DNA of 64,000 nt from Octopus vulgaris (taxonomy: Eukaryota): contig OX597829.1 of assembly GCA_951406725.2 (NCBI GenBank), positions 19,406,001 to 19,470,000 on the forward strand, read 5' to 3'. The notes beneath the pieces are model-generated. The model saw only the letters and a list, made by a program, of their open reading frames with translations, did no database searches and was not told the origin of the DNA. Positions 63,686-64,000 of this stretch are shown here, piece by piece; position 1 is the first letter of the stretch; each line of letters begins with the position of its first letter. A program made the position numbers and the translations under genes.

Positions 63686-64000
63686 CATCACTATTATTTA
63701 ATGTCCATTTTCTATGCTGGCATGGGTTGTACGGTTTGACAGAAACTGACCAGCTGAAGGGCTGTTCAGGCTGTATATCTGTTTTGGCATGGTTTCTACA
63801 GTATGTACGTGTATATGTTTGTGTGTCTGTGTTTGCCCCCAACATGGCTTGACAAACCGATGCTGGTGGGTTTACGTTCCCGTAACTTAGTGGTTTGGCA
63901 AAAAGAAACTGATAGAATAAGTACTAGGCTTACAAAGAATAAGTCCTGGTGTCGATTTGCTCGACTAAAGGCAGTGCTCCAGCATGGCCACGGTCACATG
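63686..64000. mobile_element. Family B tail (minus strand) abutting the 3' half of SINE A (plus strand)
   Basis: tttaatgtccattttctatgctggcatgggttg, then tgtttgcccccaacat.gcttgacaa.ccgatgctgg..gtgctccagcatggcc. Confidence 0.85.

Overview
AT-rich, microsatellite-dense eukaryotic DNA. Repeat content and style point to a coleoid cephalopod, probably Octopus (inference, not verified). I find no intact host protein-coding exon: nearly all listed ORFs are (AT)n/(AC)n translations or decayed LINE or transposase remnants. Most of the window is intron-like and packed with four SINE-like families (my labels A-D), RTE and CR1-like LINE relics, a hAT transposase relic, and hAT, piggyBac-like and Tc1/mariner-like MITEs, several of them nested. 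The non-repeat core is a CpG-retaining, nearly TE-free domain (~36.9-48.2 kb). It holds a candidate bidirectional promoter (~45.2-45.3 kb) with divergent first exons (minus-strand donor 44372, plus-strand donor 45420). The minus-strand leader is loaded with uORFs. Its candidate second exon (~38.3-37.5 kb) contains a CpG-rich basic peptide motif (CDFVRIAVP..NLHRTCVRRTPRRRKL). From memory, unverified, this resembles the conserved-peptide uORF of NDST/sulfateless genes. Here it is split by an in-frame TGA and overlapped by an open 81-codon frame and an AUG-UGA element, making it a candidate recoding or translational-control system. Coordinates of decayed repeats are approximate.
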